Positions 1-10,338 of a stretch of 64,000 nucleotides of DNA are shown here, piece after piece. The first letter of the stretch is position 1; every line of letters begins with the position of its first letter. The translations under genes were made by a program, and so were the position numbers. Under the pieces are notes generated by a model, which made no database searches, was not told the DNA's origin, and saw only the letters and a program-made list of their open reading frames with translations. This DNA comes from Hormiphora californensis (taxonomy: Eukaryota; Animalia; Ctenophora), in the NCBI GenBank assembly GCA_020137815.1, contig CM035359.1, positions 496,001 to 560,000 on the forward strand. The letters run 5' to 3'.

Positions 1-176
1 ATTGACATCTAAGCTTTCGAGAACAATGCTTTTCAGCTTTGATCTGAGGTTCTGACTGTACAATGTGTACCGACTCTACATTGTACAATACACGTACTAA
101 CTGTACAATATACACTGTACAATGAACAATATACACTGTACAATGTATACACTATACAATGTGTACATTCTGTTAC

Positions 177-278
177 CTGTGCCTTGAGTATTGCATGTGT
201 AGCAACTTTGACCTCTGCATAGTTCCCCTCCCCAATCTTCTCTCCTATCACGTAGTTGCCAACGTTTAGTATCTGCAT
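177..278 (-). CDS. First coding exon of a CAMK-group Ser/Thr kinase (MARK/SIK/AMPK-related); gene continues off the left edge
   Basis: MQILNVGNYVIGEKIGEGNYAEVKVATHAILKAQ has the G-loop (GEGNYA) and the VGxY...VKxAxH pattern of MARK/SIK kinases. GT donor (CAG|gtaac) at 176; acceptor (ttatttgtag) at 311. Confidence 0.75.
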
Positions 279-1481
279 TTGTCCACAGGGAAAACAACCA
301 ACAACACGACCTACAAATAACGTCGCTGTGTAGTGTGTTCATGATACAATAAAAAGTATTCACAATTCAAAATAATGTTATATATTTCGTTCGTATAATT
401 TAAACCAAATGCAATAAAGGTTGGCGTTTACTGTCAGTATCTCACCTCAATCTCCACACTGTCTCATCTCCAACACATCCTTCTCTAAAAACACAATAAT
501 TTTATATAAATGTCGACAAACTCAATAAATAATGATCCTTTTTTTAGAACAGTTCAGCCAAAGCGGGCCTAAGTCATAAAGATTTGGTCGTGGGACAACC
601 AAGACACAAGGTCTGAATCACTAATCCCATACTTGAAACTGTGAACTGCAAGTTTTAGCAGTTACCAGTGAAGCCTAAAAAGACTAACAATTAGGTAGAA
701 TACGAAAATCATCACGCAGGGATTGGGCACGACTATAATCTGGGTGCCTCTAACCATGTTGCAAGCCTGTCAAAAGAGTATACTTTTTCAAAAGGCTGCA
801 GCCACGCAACCACATGACCACAATCCACATTTCAAGGATAATGTTGTAATTATGCACTGAACTGCTGTAGACATCACCCACTCACTTCATACACACACAA
901 CACCCACACACATGACCAAGCCTGTACGACAGGTTATTGATCACCGGCTGTATTACAGCACGAGAGAGCCGTCACTAGTATCGTGCAGAGATCCGAAGAT
1001 CATGATAACAATTAATATGACGTGATCAACTGCTATAGCCCAACTGTTCATCCTGAGAATTCTGATACAAAGATATTATTTGCCGTACTGATATATGAGG
1101 TAACTCCAACCCCCCAGTTTCATCTCCTTGTTTAACATTGGGAGTTACCAAGGGAATCCACTGGGTTCGATTAATCTAGGCACATACCCACAGTACTATT
1201 CGAATTGGCGTATCTTTATATCAGGAATCTCGGATAGCAACAATCCGAGATTCCTGATATAAAGATACGCCAATTCGAATAGTACTGTGGGTATGTGCCT
1301 AGATTAATCGAACCCAGTGGATTCCCTTGGTAACTCCAAATGTTCATAAACATTCATAAACATTCATAAAATAGATTAAGTTAGGTACACAAAGTTTCAG
1401 CTCAGCAAAAGCTAACACTCAGAAGACAATACGTCAGCGATTTATATGTGCAGTCAAGTCACGATTAAAAGCAAAATAACT

Positions 1482-4454
1482 TCATGAATCGCTCATCTCT
1501 CTAAAAACACTTGGGTCATTCCTCCAATCGAAAAGGGAGTTACTATGCTCCACACGATAACCGCGAACAGGTGGCTGATCAGGGATAGTGGATAAGTAGG
1601 ATCCAAGGGACTGCTTCAGCTCGAGAAGTGAGATAGATCCTCTCACTGCACGGGGCAAGGAGTTCCAAATCTGGGCTCCTCTTACACCGAAAGATGCATC
1701 ATATGGGCCAGAGATGGTTTTGGCTGCGAGGTAATTATAACGGGGAATCACTGCCCTAATACCAAGACGGGGGTGCTCATTGAACAATAGCCCAGTACTG
1801 TTAGGTGCAACCTTATGGAGAACCTTCCAGACGTGGATAATCATGTAACGCTCACGTCTTCGTTGAAGAGACAGCAAATTCAGATGCTTTAATCTGTCCC
1901 AGTAGCCCATACCAGAACAGCTTTTAATCCTACGGGTAAAGTATCTCTGGGTTTCCTCAACTAATCCAATGTCTGACTTTTTAGTAGGACTCCAAAGTGG
2001 ACAGCAGTACTCCACCTGCGGTCTAATGATTGATTTCAGTAACGTTAGCATGGTCTCGTCTGACCTATCTCTAAATACACTGAGCGCCCATCCACTCATG
2101 CGACGGGCCTTGGCAGTGATATTACCGATGTGTTCAGTCCATGTACAGTCTGAAGAAAGGAGGACTCCTAAATCCCTGACCGTATTGCTAGGTGATATTG
2201 ACTCACCACCGGGGCCATTGTAGATGTAGTTCTCATAGGAAAAGGGAAGTTCTCTTAGGAGTAGTGTGGAACGAAGAGTGTAATGTAATAACTCAAACTT
2301 GTCCTGGTGAAGGGACATATTATTTTCTGCAGCCCAGTGTGCAAATTTATCTAGACTCTGCTGTAAGTTATCCCTGTCAACGAGGGTCTTAATAGCTTTC
2401 CACAGCTTGGAGTCATCCGCAAAGGTTAAGGCGGTGCCATTAAGGAGTGATTCAATATCAATCATATACACCAAAAATAGCAGCGGCCCAATCACGGTTC
2501 CTTGAGGAACTCCACTGATAACCGGTTCTGGGCGTGACTGAATCCCGTCTACAACAACTGTCTGAACTCTGTTAGTCAGGAAGTCACTTATCCAACGGTG
2601 TAGCCGTCCGCGGATGCCATACTTTTCTAGCTTGGTCATCAACACCTTGATATCAACCTTGTCAAAGGCCTTTTCCATATCCAGATACACAACATCTACC
2701 TCTGAGCCGTTGTTTAGTTCACGTAGTATGTTGTCATAATGGTTAAGTAACTGGGTGAGACAACTTCGATTTCTTCGAAAACCGTGTTGGCCATCGTTGA
2801 AAATCTCGTTTCTCTCGAGGTGGTCAACAACTTTATTTCTTACAACCCGTTCGAATGTTTTAATCAAATGAGATGTGAGAGCAACCGGTCGATAGTTTTT
2901 AGCTTCCATTTTAGAGCCCTTTTTGAATACCGGTGTTATTTGCTGACTCTTTAGAATAGCCGGGACAACTCCTTCATTAAAAGAGCGGTTCCAAAGTAAC
3001 CATATCGGATATGCCAACTGTTTCCGGCACTTTGATAGGATCGCCGCAGGTATATCACCAGGGGGTGCACCAGCGTAGGGGTCCAACTCAGTCAGAGCTC
3101 CTTCAATGCATTTAGGAGTGAATTCAAGATTGTCCAAGGTGAAGGTCGTAGAAGGAATATCCTTGGTAGCCTCCTCAGCTATACACCTGGTTGGGTCACT
3201 GAAGACTCCCACATATTGGGACTGAAGAATGTTGGATTTCTCAAGGGGGTCATCAGTTACAGTACCATCCGCTCTCAAGAGAGGTGCCACATTGGACTTA
3301 GTTTTCCGGTGCTTGTTTACAAAGGACCAGAAGAACCGGGGATTAGACTTGATAGTTCTGATTGCTTTCCTCTCCTTGCCTTCCAGGAGTCCAGTAAGAT
3401 GTGATTTGATCTTAGCAGCTGTGTTTTCCACCTTCCGCTCGAGTTTCTCAATGTAGGATTGGCGTGAGAGATTTTGCTTTGCTAGTTTTATCCTCTGGTT
3501 AAGCTTTTTCTGTCTCCTTTTCAGCCTTCGTAAGTAAGGATCTTTCTTTTTAGAGCTACCGAAAACCTTCCGTTTGCTATGTTTTTCGAAAACCTTCAAG
3601 ACAGTTTCTATGAGACAATTTACGTAGGCATACCCGTCGTCATCTGGATCGCAGGATGAGAGAAGAATATCCCAGTCAATGTGGCTTAGCTCCTCATTGG
3701 CAGCATCAAAGTCCGCATTGTGATAGTCCAAGGCCTTGAAACTCCTTCCAGGCCGTACCCGGTCGTAAGCATAAGACTGATTGAGTCCTATTCCGAGAAT
3801 ACACGACACCAACGCATGATCAGACATCTGAGTTGCTGAGACATCCGTGTCAAGCACATAATCGATCCTATTAGTGAGAACGATGTCCAGCAGATTTCGG
3901 CCTCTAGTAGGTTCCGTCACCACTTGGGAAAGAAAGTTTCTCTCAGCAAAGTCAACCAAGGCATTGCCTTGATCCGCTGAAAGAGTAGACCAGTTTACTT
4001 GGGGCATATTGAAATCGCCAAGTATGAACACATCTGGTGGGCTATCTCCACAGGAGTGACGTTTTATAAACTCCTCCAAAGTCTCCAGAACTTGGTGAGC
4101 AGGCGCTGTGGGGGCTCTGTACACTGATGCTATGATGGAGTTTGATTTAGGAACATGAACTGCTACTAGACTGTTACAGTCGTCTGAGTAGGTTATTTGG
4201 TCGGACGGGGAAATTGAGCAGTGAAGGTATAAAGCACATCCACCCCCAACCCTACCTTCCCGATCGCTGCGGATGATAGAATATCCAGGAATGTTAACCT
4301 GGGCATCTGTGAATTCCGCCCGCCACCACGTTTCCGTGATGGCTGCAGCCATGACAGGGACACCTGAGTTACATATGGTGTCTCTCAAGTTCTCCAGTTT
4401 GTACCTTGCCTCACTGTTTGCCGACGGATTAAGACTGCGGGCATTGAGTAGCAA
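1482..4454 (-). CDS. LINE ORF2: AP endonuclease + reverse transcriptase (990 codons; the ORF track starts it at TTG, not ATG)
   Basis: APE motifs LLNARSL, ITETW, GGGCALY, LGDFN, SDH. RT motifs NYRPVALTS, QHGFR, YLDMEKAFDKV, GVPQGTVIGP, FADD. CR1-type C-terminus VRDLGV, EYCCPLWSP, LSLQRRR. Confidence 0.95.
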   Translation of the reverse strand: MLLNARSLNPSANSEARYKLENLRDTICNSGVPVMAAAITETWWRAEFTDAQVNIPGYSIIRSDREGRVGGGCALYLHCSISPSDQITYSDDCNSLVAVHVPKSNSIIASVYRAPTAPAHQVLETLEEFIKRHSCGDSPPDVFILGDFNMPQVNWSTLSADQGNALVDFAERNFLSQVVTEPTRGRNLLDIVLTNRIDYVLDTDVSATQMSDHALVSCILGIGLNQSYAYDRVRPGRSFKALDYHNADFDAANEELSHIDWDILLSSCDPDDDGYAYVNCLIETVLKVFEKHSKRKVFGSSKKKDPYLRRLKRRQKKLNQRIKLAKQNLSRQSYIEKLERKVENTAAKIKSHLTGLLEGKERKAIRTIKSNPRFFWSFVNKHRKTKSNVAPLLRADGTVTDDPLEKSNILQSQYVGVFSDPTRCIAEEATKDIPSTTFTLDNLEFTPKCIEGALTELDPYAGAPPGDIPAAILSKCRKQLAYPIWLLWNRSFNEGVVPAILKSQQITPVFKKGSKMEAKNYRPVALTSHLIKTFERVVRNKVVDHLERNEIFNDGQHGFRRNRSCLTQLLNHYDNILRELNNGSEVDVVYLDMEKAFDKVDIKVLMTKLEKYGIRGRLHRWISDFLTNRVQTVVVDGIQSRPEPVISGVPQGTVIGPLLFLVYMIDIESLLNGTALTFADDSKLWKAIKTLVDRDNLQQSLDKFAHWAAENNMSLHQDKFELLHYTLRSTLLLRELPFSYENYIYNGPGGESISPSNTVRDLGVLLSSDCTWTEHIGNITAKARRMSGWALSVFRDRSDETMLTLLKSIIRPQVEYCCPLWSPTKKSDIGLVEETQRYFTRRIKSCSGMGYWDRLKHLNLLSLQRRRERYMIIHVWKVLHKVAPNSTGLLFNEHPRLGIRAVIPRYNYLAAKTISGPYDASFGVRGAQIWNSLPRAVRGSISLLELKQSLGSYLSTIPDQPPVRGYRVEHSNSLFDWRNDPSVFREMSDS

Positions 4455-4495
4455 CAGTTTAGACAGTCTACTGGGAACTATGGACCTAACTGGAG

Positions 4496-5733
4496 TTAGT
4501 ACCTCCCCCTCTGCTGATGAGGGCTGAAGGTGTAACCTGTTCCTGCCGGCAGTTGAGCCGGTTGGGAATGTTGGGAGTAGAACTGGTCTGGTTCTGGCTC
4601 TGGACGGTTCCTCATCTCCGTTCTCACTATCCCGGCTATTGTGTCCCTCAGCCGGTCGAGGACTGCCTCTAAAAAAGCAGGATCTGGTCCAGGCCTACGA
4701 TTCTGAGACTGAGGCTGGGACCATTGTACTCCACTCGACACCCTCGCCCTATTGGATTCATTAGACCAAGCTCCTGATTCCGGTGCTTGGCTTTGACCTT
4801 GAGCTGATGGGATTCTGTCACGGCGGTTCCTCTCGTTGCCAGTCCCTTCTTCAGGTGCTGTTTGGTACAGCTCTGTTTGTAACACGCATGCCGTAACTCG
4901 GAATTCTTGCATAGTGGAGGGTGGAAAAGGATACATTCAGTGTTCTGGCATCCAACGCTCCTCATAGATCCATAGTTACAAAACTTTTTGCACAGTGTAG
5001 GGTGAGATTTGGGACAAGATCTGCCACTAACTAGCTTCGTCCCATCTCTCCCGTGTCTGCACCTCCTTTGCAAATAAAACCTACACACTTCGTTTCCTGG
5101 AACACCCCTCTCTCCCTGTTCCGCTGGGTCCGGTAGGTCCTCTCGTTCCTCTGCAGTTCTACTGATGTGCCTTCCCAGGATCTGCTCTCGGTTTGAACTA
5201 CGTCTGGTCGAGTTATGACTAGGATCTGGACCACCGTCAGGTAGATGGCTAGTAAACCTTTCCAGAGTTTGTTTACCGAGGCAAGGGGAGCACACCCAAA
5301 TTCGGCTTTTGATAGCAGTGCTGCTGGCCTCTTCTCGTATCTTTGCACAGTTGTGCAGACCGCCACCACAGATGAAGCACCGAGCAGGGGGATTTTCATT
5401 TCTCTTCACGGAATACTTTTCGGTACACTCGCTGCATGTTTGGGGACCAAATCCCTCTATCCGCATGATGATCCAGTCAGCCAGGGTTGTTACTGAATGG
5501 TATTTCTGCACTCCAGACGCCACACATCTAACCTCTTGGCCAAGGAAGATAGCAGTTGCCTCCAGATTACTAGCTGGGATAGCCTCCAGTTTGCTGAGGT
5601 TTTCCTCATAGTCCAGAGAAGGGTCATACACTTCAATAACCTCCTTAACCGGTGTTCTGGCATCCTCTTTCAGCTCAGAGAGTACAGCAGCAAAGACGGC
5701 TGGATCTGTGTCATTAGCATGGTCCATTGCCAT
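4496..5733 (-). CDS. LINE ORF1 with PHD-like finger and CCCH zinc fingers; one frameshift near 4850
   Basis: ATG at 5733 (MAMDHAN). CSEC...CFICGGGLHNC...WVCSPC (PHD-like); CRFYLQRRCRHG..CPKSH and CKKFC..C..CILFH (CCCH). At CAC CTG AAG AA GGG ACT the expected HLKGT continues in the frame of the 4496..4936 ORF. Confidence 0.8.
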
Positions 5734-5777
5734 ACTAGACACTACAGAGGGATATTTGAAAACGCACGGGCGCGCGC

Positions 5778-5819
5778 CTCAAATTAATTTGTTTAAAGTA
5801 GTGTTGAAAAGTTTGAAAC
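5778..5819 (-). other. Ctenophore-type spliced-leader exon sequence at the 5' end of the LINE
   Basis: Minus strand reads GTTTCAAACTTTTCAACACTACTTTAAACAAATTAATTTGAG, matching the Pleurobrachia/Mnemiopsis-type SL from recall. It is followed by GCGCGC rather than a GT donor and lies 44 nt upstream of the ORF1 ATG. Confidence 0.85.
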
Positions 5820-6205
5820 AAGGAGATGAAACTGGGGGGTTGGAGTTACCTCATATATCAGTACGGCAAATAATATCTTTGTATCAGAATTCTCAGGATG
5901 AACAGTTGGGCTATAGCAGTTGATCACGTCATATTAATTGTTAACAATCCACATTGTAAACTTGTAATCGATAGCACTAACAGGCAATATATAGCAATAA
6001 GGGCCTCCCTAACGCGTATCGACCGCCAAATTGATAGCAACCTGCAAAACCAGGGCCAGATTTCAAGTCAAACAGACTTCAGGAGCCGCAGAAGCACCAC
6101 CGATTTACGTTCGTAAAGTTATTTTCGACCTCTAGCCAAATCGGCTCGAGCGGCACTCTCTCAAGTTCCCTTGTTGCAGTGGTGCACCATGAACGCGGCC
6201 CGATA

Positions 6206-6426
6206 GGGATCCCTAATAAAGTTGTGACTTGTCACCAAACATGTGGTTCCCGTGGCGGCGCGGCTTCAAAATGCGCGATTGTAACTTGTCACCGCATGGT
6301 TTGCGCCGCGCCACAGCTACGCGCAGTGGGAACCACGTGCGTTTTGGTACGCGCACACGCGGTGACAAGTCACAACCGCGCCTCCGCAAGACTACAGTGA
6401 CAAGTCACAACTTTATTAGGGATCCC
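6206..6426. mobile_element. MITE with 30-bp TIRs and TA TSD (Tc1/mariner-type)
   Basis: GGGATCCCTAATAAAGTTGTGACTTGTCAC ... GTGACAAGTCACAACTTTATTAGGGATCCC, flanked by TA on both sides. Confidence 0.8.
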
Positions 6427-6725
6427 TATGGTTTAGCGAAGAGAAGTGAAAAATCTGGGTCTGAAAGCGCAACCCGGCGATCGACCAGAATAAATGCATC
6501 CTTCGCGCGCAGCTGTTCTTCATTGCCGCGTAGTAGAATAATCAGGTATCTCGCGCGTTACAGCTACGATGTATCGCCAGAGAACGTTTCGCGGCCAGAG
6601 ATTTCCTATCACAGACAACGAAGTTTCCTAATTGGACCCCAAGTTCCTGACAAGAGCCTTTCAGCCAATTAAAACTAGGTATCTTCCAATAAATAAAAAG
6701 TCAAAGAAATAAAAAACACGACAAG

Positions 6726-9700
6726 TTATTCCATTGCTTCTCGATCCTTCTTGAGGAGACCCATAAAGGCCTTCTTCTCGGCGTCTGTCTGGAATCGTCC
6801 GTGTCCCCATTTGGAGGCGGTATCGATGAATTTCAGGTTGATCTTCTCCAGGGCGACCCTCTTGGTGTGTACAAGGAGAGATTTCCTCAGTGTGATAACT
6901 CGCTTTCTGGGTCCCATGACACATCCCTTCAACATCAGGAAGTCCTCGTTGATCTGTCCGTAGTGATGGAAACCGCCCTGGAGAGAGGATGTGGGTTAGT
7001 TTGGTAATTAATTATCAGCCATGAAAAGTGATTCGATGAGGGGAGAAACTGTCATTTGGATCTAAGAAGAGTACGGCACAAGTTTAGCCACACCCTCCCA
7101 CTGTCCATACGTGTGTTTTACTCTAGCATTCCAGAAATCTCAGAACCTTATATTAGAAGGGTCGGACAACCAAGAAATGCCACCTTGGTTCATGGTCATG
7201 GAGACGAATGTGAACATTTTAACACGCCGCGCGTATACTTCAACACGGAGAGTGCTAACAATATGGGTGCTTTTTACTGAGTGGGGTCACCGCGCGCGGG
7301 CTTCAAATCCAGCAATGAACATTTGCAATGTTCGAGATGTGAGGTTTTGGCCCTAATTTGGGATCCCTTAATGGCCCTAATTTAGAATACCTAAATCTTG
7401 CTGTTACTTACCATGGGGGTGATAGGCTTGTCAGTAAGATCGAAGGCAGTAGAGGCAGATTTCTGGTCTCCCTTGGTTCCAACCCTGTAGACCTTCTTGT
7501 TAACCTCAGTCCTGAATTGAAGAAAATGTGTTAGTGATTTGAAATGGGAGAGTTGAGCAAGCGAGGGCTTCAAAGTTAGAAATTGTCATTTGGATCTAAG
7601 AAGAGTGTGGCACAAGAAAGCTGCACCCTCCCACTGTCCATACGTGTTTTACTATAGCATTCCAGAAATCTCAGAACCTTATATTGGAAGGGTCGGACAA
7701 CCAAGAAATGCTACAAGTGATATTCAATATTGTATGAAGGTGTTATCGTACCTGTGATGATAACCGAACTGTCCAGCACGGGGAACAGACCAGCAGACCT
7801 TGGACGGATGCCAGGCTCCAATACAAGCAACCTTCCTCAGACCCTTGTGAGTCTTCCTCGGCAACTTCTTGGTACCCCACCTGTAGGTGACACCTGGCAG
7901 AGAGAAAGAGGGGGTTAGATATTGAGATGTTACAGATGGTGGAGTTAGAGGTAGGTGTTCAAATTAGGGCACTTGATATTTCGTGGTTTTCCTAAGAAAC
8001 CTACCCTTGAATCCGTGTCCACGGGTAACTCCAATGATGTCAATCATCTCGTTCTCACTGAACAGGTCCTTAACACTGATGGGCTTCTCCAGCAGAGATC
8101 GGGCAAAGGTAACCTGGGGAGGGGACGGGTTAGGAACATAGGAGAGGAGAGTATAGATAGATAGAAGGAGAGATAGAAAGGAGATTGAGAGATGTGGTTA
8201 CTAAACACCAAAATGACGATCAAAAGAGATGCGTCATTTAACGATATGCTGTAACAGTTACTATGGCAACCTTTCGACCACTCCTGCCACTAGAAATCAG
8301 TGAGTGGAGATACCAGCTGCCAAGAAGTTTAATAGAAGAGGTGATAGGGGAAGGAAGGGAGATATAGAAACGGGATAGAGGAGGGATAGGAAGAGAGAAG
8401 GGTGACAAGGGGGGAGGTGGGGTAGAACAAGAAAGAATATATTATAGATGAGAACAGAGTTAACCGCTATTATTATCGTACCTTATCTGCGATTTCTCCT
8501 CCATTAATCTGGATCTCCATGATGTTAGCCTTCTTCTCCTGCAGCTTGAACAGCTTGGGCTGGGTGTGACACAGGACTCGAATAACGGTACAGTACTTGG
8601 CCATCTGGGGAGGGAAAGGATGGATTAGATCTACACAAATTTAAAGGAGGGTTAGAACTCAACAACTAGATGATATGTTCAACTTGAAGAGAAACTAAGA
8701 GAGATTTGTCCAAGAAAAAGATTGTCAGTGTAAGTTGAGAGGTAGCGAAAAAAGAAAAGGGTTGTCCCAGAACCTTGCAACACGCTAGATCACATAGAGA
8801 ACAGAATGTGAACAGGCAATGGGTTGTTAGTGTACCAGTACTGCGGCCTCGAATTCAATAAGTAGACAAGAATTTGGTACTGGAATTTGATTTGTAATTA
8901 GTATAATTTAATTAGAGCCTAGATGGTGTTAAAGTTATAACTGAGAGAATGGAGAAGGATGATCAGAAGATTGTCTGATAGCAGGAAAATGGGTCTGATA
9001 TTGTTTGATAGTAGAGAAAAGAAGGGACTGTCTGATAGACCTACCTTGGCAAAGTCAGACTCGATGCTCTTCTTTCCGTCCTCATCGGCCCACTTCTGAG
9101 CAGTTCGGGTATGGGCCTTCTTCTTGGATCGATACCTGATATACACATTGATCTCATACTGCCTACCTTCTCTCGTCCTCAGACGCTACAAACACTGTAG
9201 CGGCCCCCGATACCCTAACAACCAGAACTCAACATGTCTCTCACTCTTTAGTATTTAGATATCAGTCAGGGAGAGATGTAGTGTTTGATGTAGCAGGTTA
9301 TAGCGATCCCTTGTCTCTCTCTAAGAGAGAGGGGAGTGTAACGCTTTAGTACTGAAACAGCTAGCACAACAAATCCCGATTGAGATATCTTCAATACTAT
9401 TGAGTGAGACAGGGAGAACTGCTGTGTAGGGATACAGGGTCGGACAAGAGAGGTATTAGAAGTTTCACACAGTGAGAGAGAGGAGATCAAACACTGTGTT
9501 AGAGAATAGTGGGTGAGCATTGTTATATTGGACTACAGGATATCTGCAAATCTTAACAAGCTCATACTTATGAATCCTTTAAGAGTCTTCATTCTAAAAT
9601 CGAATTTCTCGCTTTTCAATCATTTGCTACGGTCTCACTAATTCTAATTCTAATCTCTCTCAACGTACCAGTTCTTGTAGAATCGTCGCTTGCATTCATC

Positions 9701-10338
9701 ACTGATATGCTGAGAGAAGACAGTCTTGAAGGACCTCATGCCTCGTGGTGTCTCGATATAACCTACAACACCAACAGCAACCATGGGAGGGGTCTCAATA
9801 ATGGTGACGGCCTCGACAACCTCTTTCTTGTGGGACCCTGGTGGGTGGAAGTGGGTTAGTTAGGAACTGTTAGATAACCAAGATGCAAGGATGATTATCA
9901 GTTTAGTTCTCTTTACAATGGTCAATTATAATTTGAAGCTAGAGTGGTTCTATCATTTAAAATTAGATTATTTTAGAGTTAACTTACTTGATCCGACCCT
10001 GTCGACCTCTCGGAGAATGTGAGACATGCCAGCCTTGTGTCCCATGAAGGCAGTCAGATGACAAGGTTTGCTCTTGTCGTCCTTGGGGAAGCTCTTGACC
10101 TTACCCCTGTGTCGGGCACACCTCTTGCGGGGGAGGAATCCGAGGGAACCGTGCCTGGGGGCCTTAAACTTTCGGTGACTCTGAGAGAAGGAGAGGGAAG
10201 GGGTGTTAGAGGGGTGTTAGAGAGAGTGGTTGAGGGAGTGTTGGAAAAAGTTAATAGTGGAGCACAAGGTAGGCAGGACACAATAGAGTAACACGTTGAC
10301 AAGCAGATTGATCAATGTCAATTACTGTAACTTACCAT
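6726..10338 (-). CDS. RPL3: 60S ribosomal protein L3 (uL3), 9 coding exons, 393 aa
   Basis: join(10338-10336,10180-9988,9837-9669,9135-9045,8604-8482,8113-8005,7893-7752,7511-7412,6977-6726) = 1182 nt, all GT-AG introns. [21 protein letters not shown] ... [16 protein letters not shown]. Confidence 0.97.
7047..7182 (-). ncRNA. Intronic box H/ACA snoRNA, copy A (RPL3 last intron)
   Basis: Hairpin-AGAGTA (H box)-hairpin-ACAgtt, sense to the host gene. Near-identical paralog at 7581-7713. The 3' pocket CAGTGGGA/TCTT is complementary to conserved LSU rRNA GAGA-UU-CCCACUG. Confidence 0.8.
7581..7713 (-). ncRNA. Intronic box H/ACA snoRNA, copy B
   Basis: Same sequence as 7047-7182 with H box ATAGTA and terminal ACAatt. 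Similarity stops at the snoRNA ends; differences fall mainly in the upper stems and loops. Confidence 0.8.
8190..8323 (-). ncRNA. Intronic box H/ACA snoRNA, ACA8/SNORA8 (snR31)-like
   Basis: H box ATAGTA, terminal ACAtct. 5' pocket GGTATCT/TCG pairs 18S CGA-UC-AGAUACC; 3' pocket ATCGTT/TGGT pairs 18S ACCA-UA-AACGAU. These are the two sites (human U1056 and U1081) guided by ACA8. Confidence 0.85.
8760..8885 (-). ncRNA. Candidate intronic box H/ACA RNA
   Basis: CCAGTAC..GTACTGG hairpin, H box ACACTA, second hairpin CCCA..TCACAT/ATGTGA..TGGG, then ACAacc; 126 nt. Target unclear. Confidence 0.55.

Larger units (their letters stand above)
1345..5819 (-). mobile_element. Full-length CR1/Jockey-group non-LTR retrotransposon
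   Basis: ORF1 (PHD and CCCH fingers) followed by ORF2 (APE+RT). 3' tail of short tandem repeats (TTTATGAATG)x~2.6 at 1345-1370. Boundaries are fixed by the empty site kept in the other arm of the palindrome. Confidence 0.93.
1008..5941. mobile_element. Foldback/MITE-like palindromic element (~230-bp arms, TA TSD); right arm interrupted by the LINE
   Basis: 1134-1235 is the reverse complement of 1243-1344 (7-nt loop, 1 mismatch seen), and 1006-1133 is the reverse complement of 5816-5943. Flanked by TA at 1006-1007 and 5942-5943. Confidence 0.75.

Noticed and set aside
5778-5819. SL RNA gene
   Set aside because: The leader is followed by GCGCGC and the LINE 5' UTR, not by a GT donor, SL intron and Sm site.
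1006-5943. Novel TIR-bounded retroelement class (DIRS/Penelope-like)
   Set aside because: Better explained as an ordinary APE-RT LINE inserted into a pre-existing palindrome; no tyrosine recombinase or GIY-YIG domain.
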